Below are positions 1 to 15,200 of a stretch of 55,667 nt of DNA, one piece after another; the first letter of the stretch is position 1; every line of letters starts with the position of its first letter. The DNA is from Spirogloea muscicola. Its lineage: Eukaryota. Below the pieces are notes generated by a model, which saw only the letters and a program-made list of their open reading frames with translations, made no database searches and was not told the origin of the DNA. The translations under genes were made by a program, and so were the position numbers. Location: NCBI GenBank assembly GCA_009602725.1, contig WELB01000029.1, forward strand, positions 212,446 to 268,112, written 5' to 3'.

Positions 1-52
1 GCCGTACGCGGCGCTCGACCCGGCGGCCCTACGCGCCGCGCTCCTGCAGGTC

Positions 53-88
<36 letters not shown>

Positions 89-3000
89 ATCTGGCCATCG
101 CCGGACCTGCCCAGTCAAGCCGGCCTGTCATAAGCTGTGGCTGGGCGTCCAGGATGCGGCCGCCATGGAGGACGCCAAAGGAGGCGGGGACTGCGGCGGC
201 AATGGCGGCGGCGCCGGCCTCGTCGCCTGGCTGCGGCGCCGGCCCGACGAGCGGCTCGGCGAGCTGGCGCCCATCGCCGGCGAGCTTGTTGGGCAGCTCC
301 ACTGCCTCGGCTCGTCTTCTGACGGCTGCCCGGGCGCCGTCGCCGCCGAGGACGCCCCGGCTGAGGCGGCCGCCGCGCGTCGCGCGCTGGCGGTCCTCTG
401 CGAGGAGGCGCGCTGCGGGAGCCTGCACGCAGCTCTGGGTGTGCCTTTTGAGCTCTCGGACCCTAGACCCCAAACCCTACAACCCTATCTAAACGACAAG
501 AACCCTACATCCTGAACCCCTGAACCCCAACCCTAAACCCTAAACTCCTGAACTGGAAAACCTAAACCCCTAAACCCTAAACCCTAAACACCACACTCAA
601 CCCCTAAGAGACTTTCAATTGGAGTGGGCCACTTGCAGCCGTCAGAAAAGCAAAGGCCTGCCCTGACTTGCTTAACTACCAAAACCCTGACCAAAGCGGA
701 AACCCTTATGTTCATATGTATGTAAAGAACTCTACCTTCAGCTAAACCTCTCTGACCAGCCTTCACCTGGTCTCAAACCCCTAGAGCCTATCAATGCAAG
801 TGGGCCACTTGCGGCATCGGAAACAAAGGGCCTGACTTGCGTAGACTTCTAAGATGCTGACTAAAGTGGACTATATCTCATCTTTATGTAGAGACCTTAC
901 CTTCAGCTAACCCTTTCTGAACTTCAGCCCTCGCCTGATCTCATAACTAGAGCCCATCAAGTGAAGTGGGGCCACTCCAATTGCTGGTGCAGACCCGGCC
1001 GCAGCCGGCGGCAGTGGCGGCGCTGTGGCATTTGTGCGCGCCATCGCCTTCTCCAGGGACCTGCGCCGGCTCTGGCGCTGCCTGGTGCTGAGCCAACCCT
1101 GGCCAGAAGACCACGAGGATGACGGTGACCATGACAGACAGCTTGGCAGAAACCCGCATGCCGGCGGGCCTGCAGTCGGTGAAGCGCCGCTGGCGCTGAC
1201 GTCCGACGGTGACTGGCGGCGGGATGCGCAGCCCTGGCACGAAATTTCCGCCGAACCTGCATTGCCCCTGCTGAAGGCGGCCCTGCTGGCTGCTCCGGCT
1301 GCCTCGCTCGGCAATCTCCTGGCCAGCGCGACGGCGGCGTCGTACAGGAGCGGCAGCTCGGGCAGCCTGGAGGCGGTAGCCTGGGTGCTGCGCAGCATGG
1401 CGGCCTCTGGGCGCGGCCCTGCTGTGGCACGCGAGTGGGCTGCCGCATGGGCCGCCCTGGTGTGCGCTGCCGGTGACGACGAGGTGTACGTCTGAACTCC
1501 CTGACGTGTCTTGGGTGTCGAGCCTGACTGATTTCAATGGTTAATGTTTGAGTATTGCCGTTGACCCCTCTGCATGTTTGGCGCTCTCGATCTCATCTTG
1601 CAGGCGCTCGCTCGTGTGGTAGCCATGCGGTGGCTCCTGACAGCGGCGCTGCTGCCAGAGGGGGACCATGCAGTTGACGGCAGCGGCGACAGGGCTGATG
1701 CCGGCCGGGTGCTGAAGGGCCCCATTGCCGCCCTCATGGCGGAACTCCAGACCGCCTGGCCGGCGCTGCTGGCGCTGCTCCGCCGGCCCGGCTGCCATGC
1801 TCTCCACATGGAGGTTGGTCAGCAAGTCCTGCAGATCACAACCAGCGACTCTTATGTTGATCGAGTGCAAACAGGTGGATGGTGCTCTGAGGCTGCCGCG
1901 CTCCAATGGTAGCCATTGTGCAATTGACCTGAGCGTCATCGAGCTCTGGCTGCTGTATACTGGCTAGGTGTTAGAGCTTGTTGCGGCGCTGGACGATGCG
2001 GCTCCGCCACGCCTGCAGGCGGCGGCGGCTCGCCTCCAGGCCACTCTGGGCCTGCTCTTCTCATGTCTGCCGGCGGCGGCGGACGAGGTGCCGGCCGCCA
2101 GCTGGCCGGCGGCGAGGGCGTGCGAGCGGCTGCGGCGGCTCGCCGTGAGGCTGGCAGCCGGCGGTGGGTCGCACACGCTCACAATGCTCGTCGGACACGC
2201 GCTCGACCGCTCCTTCGAGCTCGCCGCCGCCGGCAGCAATCCAGGTCGAAGAGCAAGATCCCCCAGAACCATGTCATTAGAGAGCGATGATGGACATTGC
2301 TACTCATTGAAGCCATTTCAAAAGCAGAGTAGCCTTGTATTTGTCCTGTAATTACTACTTGATGTTGGCTGCTTCTGTAAGGTTGAGCAGAGCCTTGTGC
2401 CCGACTTATCTGCAACAATTAGTGATTGATGCTGCCAAGCTTATTGGAGAGCCCGGTTAGCTCTCAGCAGCTTGCGCGCCCACGTTGACTTGCATCTCAG
2501 AAGCGAGTGTGCTGACAGTTGCCACGGCGGCCGTTCAGAGCAGGCGCCCATGGCTGTCCAGCCGCACGGGAGGCCGGCGCTGGCGGCGGCAGGAGCGGCG
2601 GTGCCAGGAGCAGCCACGTTGTGCGGGGCTCATGGCCACCTGGAGGCGGACGGCAACCTGGCGCTCCCTCACGGTGGCGGCCTGGCACTGCCGCCGCAGG
2701 GCACTGCCGTTGTCGGACTCCTGGGCGAGAACCGCAAGCGGCGGCGGCTCTCCCCTCTGCTCTCGGCGCCGCTCGCTGGCGGACGCAGCCTGTCACCGAG
2801 CACCACAGAGGCTGCTGACGATGGCTTGCGCAGCCATTGCCGGACAAGGGCTCAGAATGATGCTGCCGTCGACAAGTTGGCGGCGACCAATGACGGCGCC
2901 TTTGTGGAGCTCACGAGCGTCGTGCGGGCCGCCCTCCATCTGGCAAGCAAGGCCGTTGCAGAAAGGCGCATCGGCCTAGGCGGCGGGGCGGCGGTGCCCG

Positions 3001-4924
3001 AGTGGCACCTGCCGCCGGTCGGCGTGCTGTGCTCTCAGCTGGCGGCACGGATGGACCTGCCTCACGAGCCGCCCATGACCATGGAGGAGTATGAGCAGGT
3101 GTAACTAAGCAGCCCTTAAGTTACCCTTGTTTCACGAATTGTCCACAAATTAACCTTCCTTTTTGATGTCTTCATGTGTGCCCCTCTGTCGATTTACAGT
3201 CTTTATTAATGTCATGCATTGCTAATGGATTTTCCATGTGTACGTATTGAGGATCACATAGGTCCGTAAGACCCATGTCAGCCTTGCTGATGGCAACGTG
3301 CCATACGAATGGACAGGTCCTCCCACGCAAGGTGACCAGCGCGCGGCACAACATCCTGGCTGCTGCGTGCCGTCAGAACCCCTTCCTTTTTCAGGTCCGG
3401 CACATAGCAGGGACCACTCTCACTGCCCTGAATCTGCAACTATCCCACTGCCCTGGCTGTGGCTCTGTATGATAATCTGTATTGTAATAGTAATTGAGTG
3501 TCAGTTGGACCCCGTGTGGCTAGCCATGAGCTGATAGCTGCTGTGAGATTGGCTTGTCGTTGGTGGCCTGGCAGTTGCTCGCACTCGCTGCGGAGCAGGG
3601 CCCCTCGCCGGAGCTGCTGCGCTGCGCCGAGCTTCTGCGCGTCCTCCTGGCGGACGCCATCAGCAGCTGGCACAGCCTCCGCCGCTCGAGCGAAGCTCGC
3701 ACTGTGAGCTTCCCTCTCTTCACCCCAGCAACCGCTATGGCCAGCTTCCAGTAGTTGCCAAGCTCCTGACATGGCCTCCTGCAATGGAAGTCTAACGAGT
3801 TGCACTTCGCTTGCACCTCACTTTAGGCCCAAGGGCAGCGCCTCACAGTGGAGGAACGGCGGGCCGAGGAGCTGCTGCGGCTGGTGGGACGCGCCGGGTG
3901 GCTGCCGCGCCCGCTCGCTTCGTGCGCCGAGCTCGTGGCGCTCGTCGACAGCGCAGACGTGCCCGACTTGCTGATGCTCGCCTGGCGCTGCATGCACCAC
4001 GCCATGGCGTTCGGGCCGCACTCCTGGGGGAGCCGCCACCGCTCCCCCGGCTTCTCCAGTGCCATCCAGGTACCGTTCTGCTTACTTTAGGGTTTAGAAT
4101 CAGGGTTTTGGATTAAGGGGGTCTAGTGTACGGAGCAGTGCTGGATTGACCGGTTTGCTTTGGTTTGAGCTGTCATCCTTGAAGGTGAGGCCATGCAGCA
4201 CCCTAACCGTAATTCCAAGTCTGATGATTGTTTGCACATGTTGGGGCGCCTTTCATAGTGATTGTAATAGTAGTGTAATAGTAATGCATAGTAATGTATT
4301 AGTAATGTTTTAGTTGATGTGATAGAAGCGTAACATGTGGTCTGGGCAGCAGCTGGCCCCTACCAATGGCGGGCAGGTTGAGCTGCTGGCACCCTCACTG
4401 CCAGCTGTGAGTTTCCCTGTGTTGCCATACAGCTGCATGAATCTTTTGCTGCGTCGTCCAAAGTCTGGTGACTGCTTAGTTGCCTTTGTTCTCTTATCAT
4501 GGGCTGGAAACCTAGCTGTGCTTTCGGCCGTCATCCCTGCCGTTACATGAGCGCAAGCTGCCAGCATCCTGGCGCCTTCAGTCCTTAGCTTAATCAGGGA
4601 GGCTTGTCTCGCATGTTGCTGCAGTCTACCTTCTCATTGTGCACCCTGGACTCATTGGCCTTTGGTAACTGCAACAGCCAGTAGCTGCGATAGGTGTGCA
4701 TTTCAAGCGTACCTCCTGACAGTCTGCTTATGCCCACGCTCGCATGTACGGCGCAGGCGCCAGGGCCGGGCAGCGAGGAGCCAGCAGCAGCTGCAGCAGC
4801 GACGCTGGGCCTGGAAGCGGAGGAGGACCTCACCTTCACGGAGTGGGAGGGCCACCTCTTTGCAATCTTGCGCAGAAATATTGCGCACATTGGCGCCCAC
4901 TTTGCGCAGATCTTCCCAGTCTAG
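1..4924 (+). CDS. 5'-partial spliced gene, putative Integrator complex subunit 5 (INTS5)-like helical protein
   Basis: Phase-compatible GT-AG exon chain: <1-49, 153-438, 993-1483, 1604-1813, 1968-2244, 2539-3098, 3317-3394, 3575-3703, 3827-4069, possibly 4350-4376, then 4757-4924 (TAG). C-terminal peptides MEEYEQVLPRKVTSARHNILAAACRQNPFLFQLLALAA..LLRCAELLRVLLADAISSWH, GWLPRPLASCAELVALVDSADVPDLLMLAW and HLFAILRRNIAHIGAHF resemble, in order, the metazoan INTS5 C-terminal domain as I recall it. The gene itself is well supported; the identity is moderately supported. Confidence 0.65.
461..588 (+). repeat. Interstitial plant-type telomeric repeats (CCCTAAA)n, partly degenerate, in an intron
   Basis: Perfect CCCTAAA at 531, 538, 568, 575 and 582, with variants (CCCTAGA, CCCTACA, CCCTGAA) from 461. 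Lies inside intron 439-992. Confidence 0.85.
624..976 (+). repeat. Diverged ~170-bp tandem repeat (about 2 units) in an intron
   Basis: Anchor GTGGG(G)CCACT at 624, 800 and 966. Shared internal blocks CCTGACTTGC, TACCTTCAGCTAA and CTAGAGCC occur in the same order in both units. Confidence 0.8.
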
Positions 4925-5608
4925 GCAGCTGCTGCAGCAGGGACAGCAAACAAAAACATTGCTGCATGTGGACAAAGCTGCATGTGCTAATTGCCCTCGA
5001 GTTGTCTCACTTCGTTCGTGCCCCAAGCACTCACACTTTGCAACAGCCTCGTCCAGAGCACAAGTCCTTTCAATTGAATTTCACATGTTCATGTGAAATT
5101 CAATTGGAATTCAGCAAGTAGATACTAAAGCGTGACTGCTTGATCTTGATTTTCTTAACAATCATATCAAGACTATGACGATCTGACAAGGAAACAGGAG
5201 AATGTGGTCAAGTGCAGGCACAGCGTGGAAGAGGTCGCCACGTCTAGCCATAATCGTTAGATGTAATAGTAGTTGTCCAATTATGCTACAGATGCTAAAA
5301 GACACCGTCATAGCCCAGCCATGGCCACTGCAGCTGCCACCTCTGTGGCCGTCTGCCGGCTTAGGAGTTGGCATTCTCCAAGCAAAACGCCCTGGCCTCC
5401 AAGTAGCAACAGCTGTAAACTTAAGCAAGAAATCTTGCTGCATGATGCTGAAAGTTGTTGCACAGGCTCCACCTCTATGCAGCCCTGGCAGTGTTGACCC
5501 AATAATCCGTACGCAAGTCATGCCACTTCTGCTGCACAGCCTTTCCTGAGACAAGCGACTCCTGTCCCATGCTTTTTCTACTCTTTATATAGGCAGCCAA
5601 AGGAGGTC

Positions 5609-7732
<2,124 letters not shown>

Positions 7733-7733
7733 A

Positions 7734-7880
7734 NNNNNNNNNNNNNNNNNNNNNNNNNNNNNNNNNNNNNNNNNNNNNNNNNNNNNNNNNNNNNNNNNNN
7801 NNNNNNNNNNNNNNNNNNNNNNNNNNNNNNNNNNNNNNNNNNNNNNNNNNNNNNNNNNNNNNNNNNNNNNNNNNNNNNNN
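7734..7880. other. Assembly gap (N run) over the tubulin 5' end
   Basis: Run of N. Confidence 1.
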
Positions 7881-8000
7881 CGCGCGGCCGCTGCCCGGCC
7901 CGCCCCCTGCCGCCCCCCCCCTCCCCTCCCCCCCTCTTACCCGTTGAGTCCAACTTCGCTCTCGTGGGGTCCGGTTCCCACCACCACACCGCTCCTTCCG

Positions 8001-8026
8001 ACGTGGGCTTCGAAACCGCCACGTCA
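8001..8026. promoter_or_regulatory. Candidate ACGT-core (bZIP) and site II motifs upstream of beta-tubulin
   Basis: ACGTGG 8001-8006 overlapping TGGGCT 8004-8009; GCCACGTCA 8018-8026. Motif match and position only. Confidence 0.3.
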
Positions 8027-9252
8027 GCCTGTATTTTAGTGTCTCGTAATGTGGCGAGAAACGTGTACGTCAAGAAATGGTGGTGCCAAGTAGACGCCCT
8101 CGGAGGTAAGAAGGCATGCCTCGGAAGCGAAGCACACGTACTGCATGCATCATCGACAGCTATTGGCCCGCAATCCTGCCGAGCCTCGTCAAGCTCCGCT
8201 TCCTACCATGGGTTCCGCCCCGTTGGAGCCGTGCTGTGGGCTATCAGAGTTACTGCCTTCCCTGCTGTAATTGTCGAAGAAACAGTACTTCAAGTACGAA
8301 AGGCAATGGCTGCAAGAGGCCATCCCCCAGAAGCTATAACAAGGTCTAAGAAGGTCCATCGAAGGCATAGGGTACTTGCCGTCTATTCAGGATGCAGCGG
8401 TGTGGCTCAGACTAGGAGGCTTTGTAAGTCTATCAGAAGCATACGGCACTAAGCCAACACTCCTTTGTCAAGCTCTTCGTTGAGCATATTCGAGAAATCT
8501 GCCATTAAAGTTCATGAGCAACGAGCCCCTGCAGGACAATATGTTGTGGCACCGACGCCTCTGACCCTTCTGAACAAGCCACTGGAAAGTAGGCATGTAC
8601 TACTCAGTTTTGCCATCCTAGTGGAGACTACCGAGGCGAATAGCACGAACTTCACAGAATCTTAAGGTACAAGTATGATGTATCCCGGACGTCGAGGGAG
8701 CTTGATTAACAATAGTTCTTCCAGAAAGGGGAGCACCGGCTCTTTAAGATTAGCACCGAAAGGATGGTCAAGGTCCGAAAGGAGGAGAAAGTCTGCAGTG
8801 TACCTGATCGCAGGCACTTATCTCTGCAGCATCCCAATATCTAGAAGCTGGGCACCTTGTTGACCTTGTCTGGTAGAGGATAGAAAGATAACAACAACCT
8901 CACTTAGGCACCTCACAATTTCCGACCCATTTTCCCTTAGTACCGCCCTTGTCACCCACTTAAAGAGCTACACGTGCGTAGATGGCTAGGAGTGTCTTGC
9001 ACAGTTAACATGTGTCACTTTTTCCCTCTCCTGGCAGGACGGTTGCACGCTCTGAAAGCTGCAATTTTCGACTTAACGGAGATATATCTTCTGACTTAAT
9101 GGAGATTTATGCTTAACAGTCCATTCTTAGTCAAATTGATTAATTAATACCACAGACAGGGCAAAACATGCGTGACAAAGGTGCAAAGCAGCCTGCCCAT
9201 TGAGCTGCAGGTCTAGCTCGGTTAGAGTCTTGAGTATCGAAATGTGTGGCCC

Positions 9253-12200
9253 TCAGACAACAACGTGCGAGAGCAGTTGCACGACACAGGCAGGGCTGCG
9301 GAGCTCCACGCAGCGAGCGCCCAGGTTGGCGGCCGGCAGGCTGATGGCCTCCCGGGCCGTCTCCACCAGCCCGCTCTGGGTTGCATACTCCAATGCCAGG
9401 TCAGTGTCGACCTGTGCCAAAGCCAAATCAAGTCAACGCTGATGTGAGGTCCCTTACTCTTAAGTGCCACTTATGTAGAGAAGCAGACACTGCGTCTGGT
9501 CATGACCCCGTTGCGTAATGTCAATCGCCCTACATTGAAGCACACTCGGGCTCAAGGCCTTGAAAGGTGCTCAATTTGCCGGTCCTCTTATTGCCATGGC
9601 CAGTGCAAACTCATCCTCATCCAATTCCACTTAATGCCAATTGGGCCATCAAGCAAGATAAGTTGAAAGATCAGATGAAGAAGATGAAGGCTCGCACACC
9701 TGCTCAACATGCTGGGCCAGCCTCTCCCGCAGTGTGCTTTCTGTGACCTGCCGCTTGGCGACCTGCTCCAGAAGGGGGTCCGCCAGGGGCCGTTTCCTTG
9801 ACCCTTCCCTTTCATTGATTGCTAAGAGTACCTCAAAGATTGCTCTTGTCACGTCCGGGATGTACCTGCAGAGACATTGCACAGCCCAACTGCTGAGTCT
9901 GCTGCATGTGCTACGTTGAACTTGGTCTTAACGCTCAAATGGGTCCCGTGCAGATCAGAGTAAATAAGTAGCTCTCCTGCGCCTGGTGCTTGCATGTGAA
10001 AGAGGTAATATAGTGCAGCACACATGATCATAACTTGCACTGCCCTTATGCAAAGATGTGCATTGTGCAGGCAGGAAGGCTTGCTGGCAAATCTCCCAGC
10101 GCACTTGCCAACCTTTGCAAGTTGCGCTTCCTCTGTTGCCTCTCCCGATCTTGCTGCTGCCGAGCAATACGCCCTCGCAGCTGTGCACAGCACTGCTGCA
10201 GTGTTGCCTGCACAGCTCCTCTCATCAATGCTTCAAAAATATGCCTTACATGATGGTCACCACTGTCACCACAATGTCGTGAGATGCCGCACCTTCTTCA
10301 CCAGTAAAGCTAAGACCAGTCTGGCTATGTCAAGGGAGATACATATAGATGACTTGAGGTCCTTTGGTTTGAGTACTTTACCTTCACAGCCAGAGCTATC
10401 TGGGTTATATCATCACCAATGTACTCCTTTCCTGTGCCTTTGAATGGGATTTTGGTACTAACTATGCTGACAAAGACGCCAATCTTGTCCGCCATTGGGT
10501 TGATCTTGTAGCTGCTCCAGCTTCATAGCCCTCATCAAAACATGGAGAAGACAAGGCTAGTAAGTAAGCATGCATCCTTCACAGGGGACGAAGCTGCAAA
10601 TGTCCTACTGTCCTTCTACGCAGGCAAGTACACGATACACCATCTTAGCACCATCAAAATCAGGGGCGCACTTGATCCTCTTCATGGCTGTCCGAGTGAC
10701 AACATCGCCGCCAGCTTCGAAAAGCAGAGGTATCCTGTTAGCGAAGCGAAAGACGTTGATGCCCTGCAGCAAAAGAGGAAAGTGGACAGATCAATCAGTA
10801 ATACGATAGTGTGCAGAGCACAAAAATGTTGCTTGGGCAAAGGTTGGCTGCAGGATTTTTACAATCTGTTGCTAGTACCGGCTTGACATCTCTCCCGCCC
10901 AAGCTTATGCCGCCTTCGACGATGAAGGGATGCCCCTCAAAGACATGTATACTGCACATCTCAGACACTCTCCATTGTGTAGATTAGTGGTTGAAACTAC
11001 TTTGACACGTGCAGGCACGTCACAAATTTGTCGGCGAAAGCCTTCACGCTGCATACAACAGTGCATCCAATACTTCAACAATTCATGTCAGTCGCATCAG
11101 GTTTCCTCATAGTTCTGCTGCTGAGATCTGCAGTTGACTGCTGTGAGCTCGCTGAGATGGAGCCAAAGAGGCAAGGCCTGTGCACGGTGGAGACTCACCT
11201 GCTTTGGTACGTGGCCACCATCTCCGGGTGCAACTCCTTCGTGATGCCCAGCCGCAGGTTGTACTCCCCAGCAGGACTGAGGCACTGCTCCCATGGAGCT
11301 GGAGTATGATCAGTAGTGGTGGTCACAATCAATGGTGGGTAGCAATGGTGGTCTGTATTTTGCAGTAGCCAGCACTTTAGGGTGTTCAATGAGGTCCTGA
11401 CCATGTCCTGTATACTTGGCACTTGCCATTTACAGGCTAGAGAACTTGAGGATAAGAACATGAACTTGTGGGTCACAATGAGCTTAGACATTTGCAAGCG
11501 GCTTCAAACAAAATTGCTTGATAAATACATTCATAAGCAGCTGGAACAGCATCTGATCATATTCTTAAGCCAAATGTGCCTGCATCGCATGCTCACCTCC
11601 CCAGTTGGATTGTCAAACTTGGCCTGCTGGAATAGCTGATGCATTCTCACAATCTGCTGGTCAGTCAGTGACTTGATAATAGTCTTGGTTGTGAATTCGG
11701 GACCCAGTTCACCTGTTGGAATGCATGCCCATGCACCTCAGCAAGAATAGTTGTGCATAGAAGAACATGAGATATCATGGTGCCACAGCAATCAATGTAA
11801 CCAGCTATACCTCACCAATCATCTATACCAATATAAACACAGCAAGTCTTCACATATACACTCGTCTCAGAGAACAGGTGCAGTGGCTTGTATGCAACGA
11901 AGCACCTACTGCAGCCTCTTTTCTCCGAAAGGCTGACGAAGCTGCAAGCATGAGTTACTCACTTACTAGTCTCTCTGCCAGCTGCTTGCTTATGCTGTCA
12001 AAGCTGGTTTGTAGAAAGGGCCCGAGAGTCGGCTTGGAGCTCTCCGCAATCAGGCGCTTGATGAGCAGCAGGTCCACAGCAGATGGGTGATACTTGGTCT
12101 CCAAGGGCAGCGCAGGCATCACATCTGTCCGTCTCGCGAACCTGATCTTGAGGTTCTTGCTGTCGTACAGCTTAGCAAACAATCAGTAATAGGTGGTAAA

Positions 12201-15200
12201 TTGGGTTGATTGGTTGCATAGTCAGGTATTTTCAGCATGCAAAATGTCAATGCAGGTAGTCATTCACTGTTGAACATGAGCTTATGAGCTTCTCACTCCG
12301 TACTAGCCATACACGTGCTCTTTCAGGAACAAGGGATAATCATCAACGTTCTTACTCTGGCGTAGATCCGACATAGCTGAAGGTGAACTGCGCATATGGG
12401 GTGATCACAGCCATCTGTTGCATGTAGCTGATGATCTTTGACTGCACATGAGCAGTGGACCCAAGCAAAGTAGGCTCAGGTTCCAACTTGATTATCAGAG
12501 ACCAGTATTGTGAAACTATATGCAGTGCAAGATGATGCTGCAGACCTGAGCCCAACAATTACAGAAGTCAAAAGTCAAATTATTTTGCAGCTTATAAGCA
12601 GGAGCCTCACTCTGTATGTGGTCCAGTTGCCTTCAATGATGACCTGCAGCTCCGCTCCACGCCATTTGTGGGTGTTTGGGTGCTTCTCAAGGGCAAGTAC
12701 TCGAGGGACGTTCCTGAGCAAGGAGAGGGGTCACAAGACGACTACAAGATAAGACATGCCTGAAAGCAGCTGTAGCGGAACCCAGCTTGACAGTTGGCGG
12801 CAGCACTATTGATATATGCCATGACTACTCGAAATTTCTGCCTGAAACAGCAATGAGCGCGGGTCAAATGTCTAGGTTTGTGGAAAATCTGCACTACTTC
12901 TGTCATAAATTGCAATATGAGGCACACAGGGCCTCAGATGTACTTGTGGATGTCGATGTCAAGTCGGCAGTAAGACACATATGGCTGTGACTGCATGGAG
13001 CTCCAGATCTGGATTGGCAGTCCCGTGCTCATCTTGGACCAGATCAGCGCCTGCAGTACGTGTGTCTCTCTGTGCATAAGAACAAGATGGACGGAAATCT
13101 TGCAATTGCCAGCAAGAGAGCCTCTGCATACTAGTGCTAGTTTGACGCCCATAATCATGGTTTCCAATTGATGGCACTCAGCAGCGGTTGCAGATTGCGA
13201 GAGTACCATCTTCGCGCCCAGCCCAAACTTGCCGCGCGTCTGCCTCAAGCCATACTTCGTCCCCGAGAGCACTGCATGCCAAAGCGGGCCACTCAGGTGA
13301 TGAGCCGGCTCTTAAAATACACGGCCACATTGAGCTCTTCTGTGTCAGAGCTCGTGGAAGGCAGACTCTAGCTTGTCGCATGCATCTCCCTTACTGAAGA
13401 TGCAGAATTAAAGCACGTCACATCAACAAGGCTTATCAATTTTATGGTGTATATTGTTCTCAGCTGTAAGTTTCTTATGACCTGTTTGAATCACCCATGC
13501 TCCAAGCGCCAGTCACAATCCTGTACAAAAGCTTGTAAAGGCAGGGCGTATTTGTCACTCACCACGCCCCAGCATGTTGGCTATGTCGTCATGAGGCATC
13601 CCCTTCCCGTTGTCCTGGAAAGCCATGACAAATGCCCTTCATGAAATAAGACAAGCTTATGTATGTACACTGCCCTTCACCTCAAATACAACTGTGACCA
13701 GCCAAGTAACACACACACTAGTGCTGCTCTACACCGTGCTGCTCTACACAGTTCAGCACTTTCACCTTGCATGTGACCCTGAAGAGCGTCGTCTCGCCTC
13801 GGCCACGTCCGGCCTTCCCAGCGGCCTCCTTGCTCTTCAACGGCCTCCCTGCTGCCACAGCCTTGGCGAGCCGCTCATGCTCCTTGGCCTCCTTGGCCAG
13901 CCGTTTCTGCAAGGAAAGCACACCGTCTCAGCAATGTCCTGCCTGCCCATGAGACCCAGTCGCTGCAGACTGTCCCAGTAACAGTGATGAATGGCAGAAA
14001 GGAGATGGGCTTTGGTGTCAAGCTGGACAGGGACTGGTGTCAAGCTGTGGGCCCATTGTTGACTAGGTATTTCAAAGACTTTGACAAAGCGTAGATCTAA
14101 GGTCTTAAATAAGTCACATCCTAAGCTAGCTTACTTCATTCTGTCCAGCAAAATCATCTGAGCTGCATAGGTAGAAGCGCGGTCAGCTGGGCTTAGACTT
14201 CTGCAGACTGTCTAACAGACTGCATCATTAAGAAGTGCAGCACCTCCTTAGCTCTCTCGTTCTCGAAGTCGTCGTAAAGCTCGGCATCGACACGTTCCAG
14301 CTCGACAAGGCCAATCATAGAGTTGAAGCTCGACCTGCTTATCTCCTCACTGTCATGACGTCCCAAGTCAAGTCATAGTGGCACGGAGGCATGACAAAAA
14401 CCCAAAACCACTAACAAGGACAAGCAAGCACCTCAAACCCTCCATGATTATAATTCTGGGCATACAGGTTAGGGTGGCAGGGGGCTAGAGAGGCTCACAT
14501 GGTGACTTCAACATGCGGGAGCTGGCCAATAGCTTCCGCAGAATCTAGCGCGTTCTCCAGCAGCTCACGGACAGTGGTATACAGGCTTTTGCCTGGCTGC
14601 AGCAGCTCAGAGCAAGCAGTCGACCGTGAGAAGACAAGGTGCAGACTTGCTGCAAGTGACTGGACTTTGCGAGTGCACAAGCCACGGTCTGTAATCAAAA
14701 TTTGTAATGCCTAGATAAATAGCGCAATAAGCAAAGTGCAACTAAGGTGAAAGGAGGAATGGCGACTCACATTGTCAAAGCCTGCAATGTTCTTATTCTC
14801 GGAGAAGAACTCCGCAGGGGACTCTGTCAAGCGGCATGAAACAGGCATTGTCAGCGATGACGAAGTAAGGAAACTTGTCCTTAAGGCAGACATATTGAGC
14901 TTGAAAGGAATACCAAGCTTGACACATGACTTGTAAACCCTGACGACTGATGTGAGCATGGCTACACCATACTCCTCAGCTGCATTATATACATATGCTT
15001 GCTGCTTTTACTGAAGCTTTTACTGGACTGCTTTTACTGCACTCTGGTTTCAAAGATGTCCCGCCTGTATGAGCTCTGCAATGTTGCTACGCAGCTCTGC
15101 CCATCTGTATCTCAGGAGCAGCTTCATTTGCCGCTGCGACGGGCAACTAGCTTCCTTCTCCTGCTGGCAATCATCCCAAGCCCCACCAAGGCTCTGACAG

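Noticed and set aside
9053..9115. Short direct repeat GACTTAA(C/T)GGAGAT x2, and similar 15-bp duplications at 13721-13750 and 18889-18918
   Set aside because: Ordinary slippage duplications; no array or spacer structure, and no CRISPR-like organisation.
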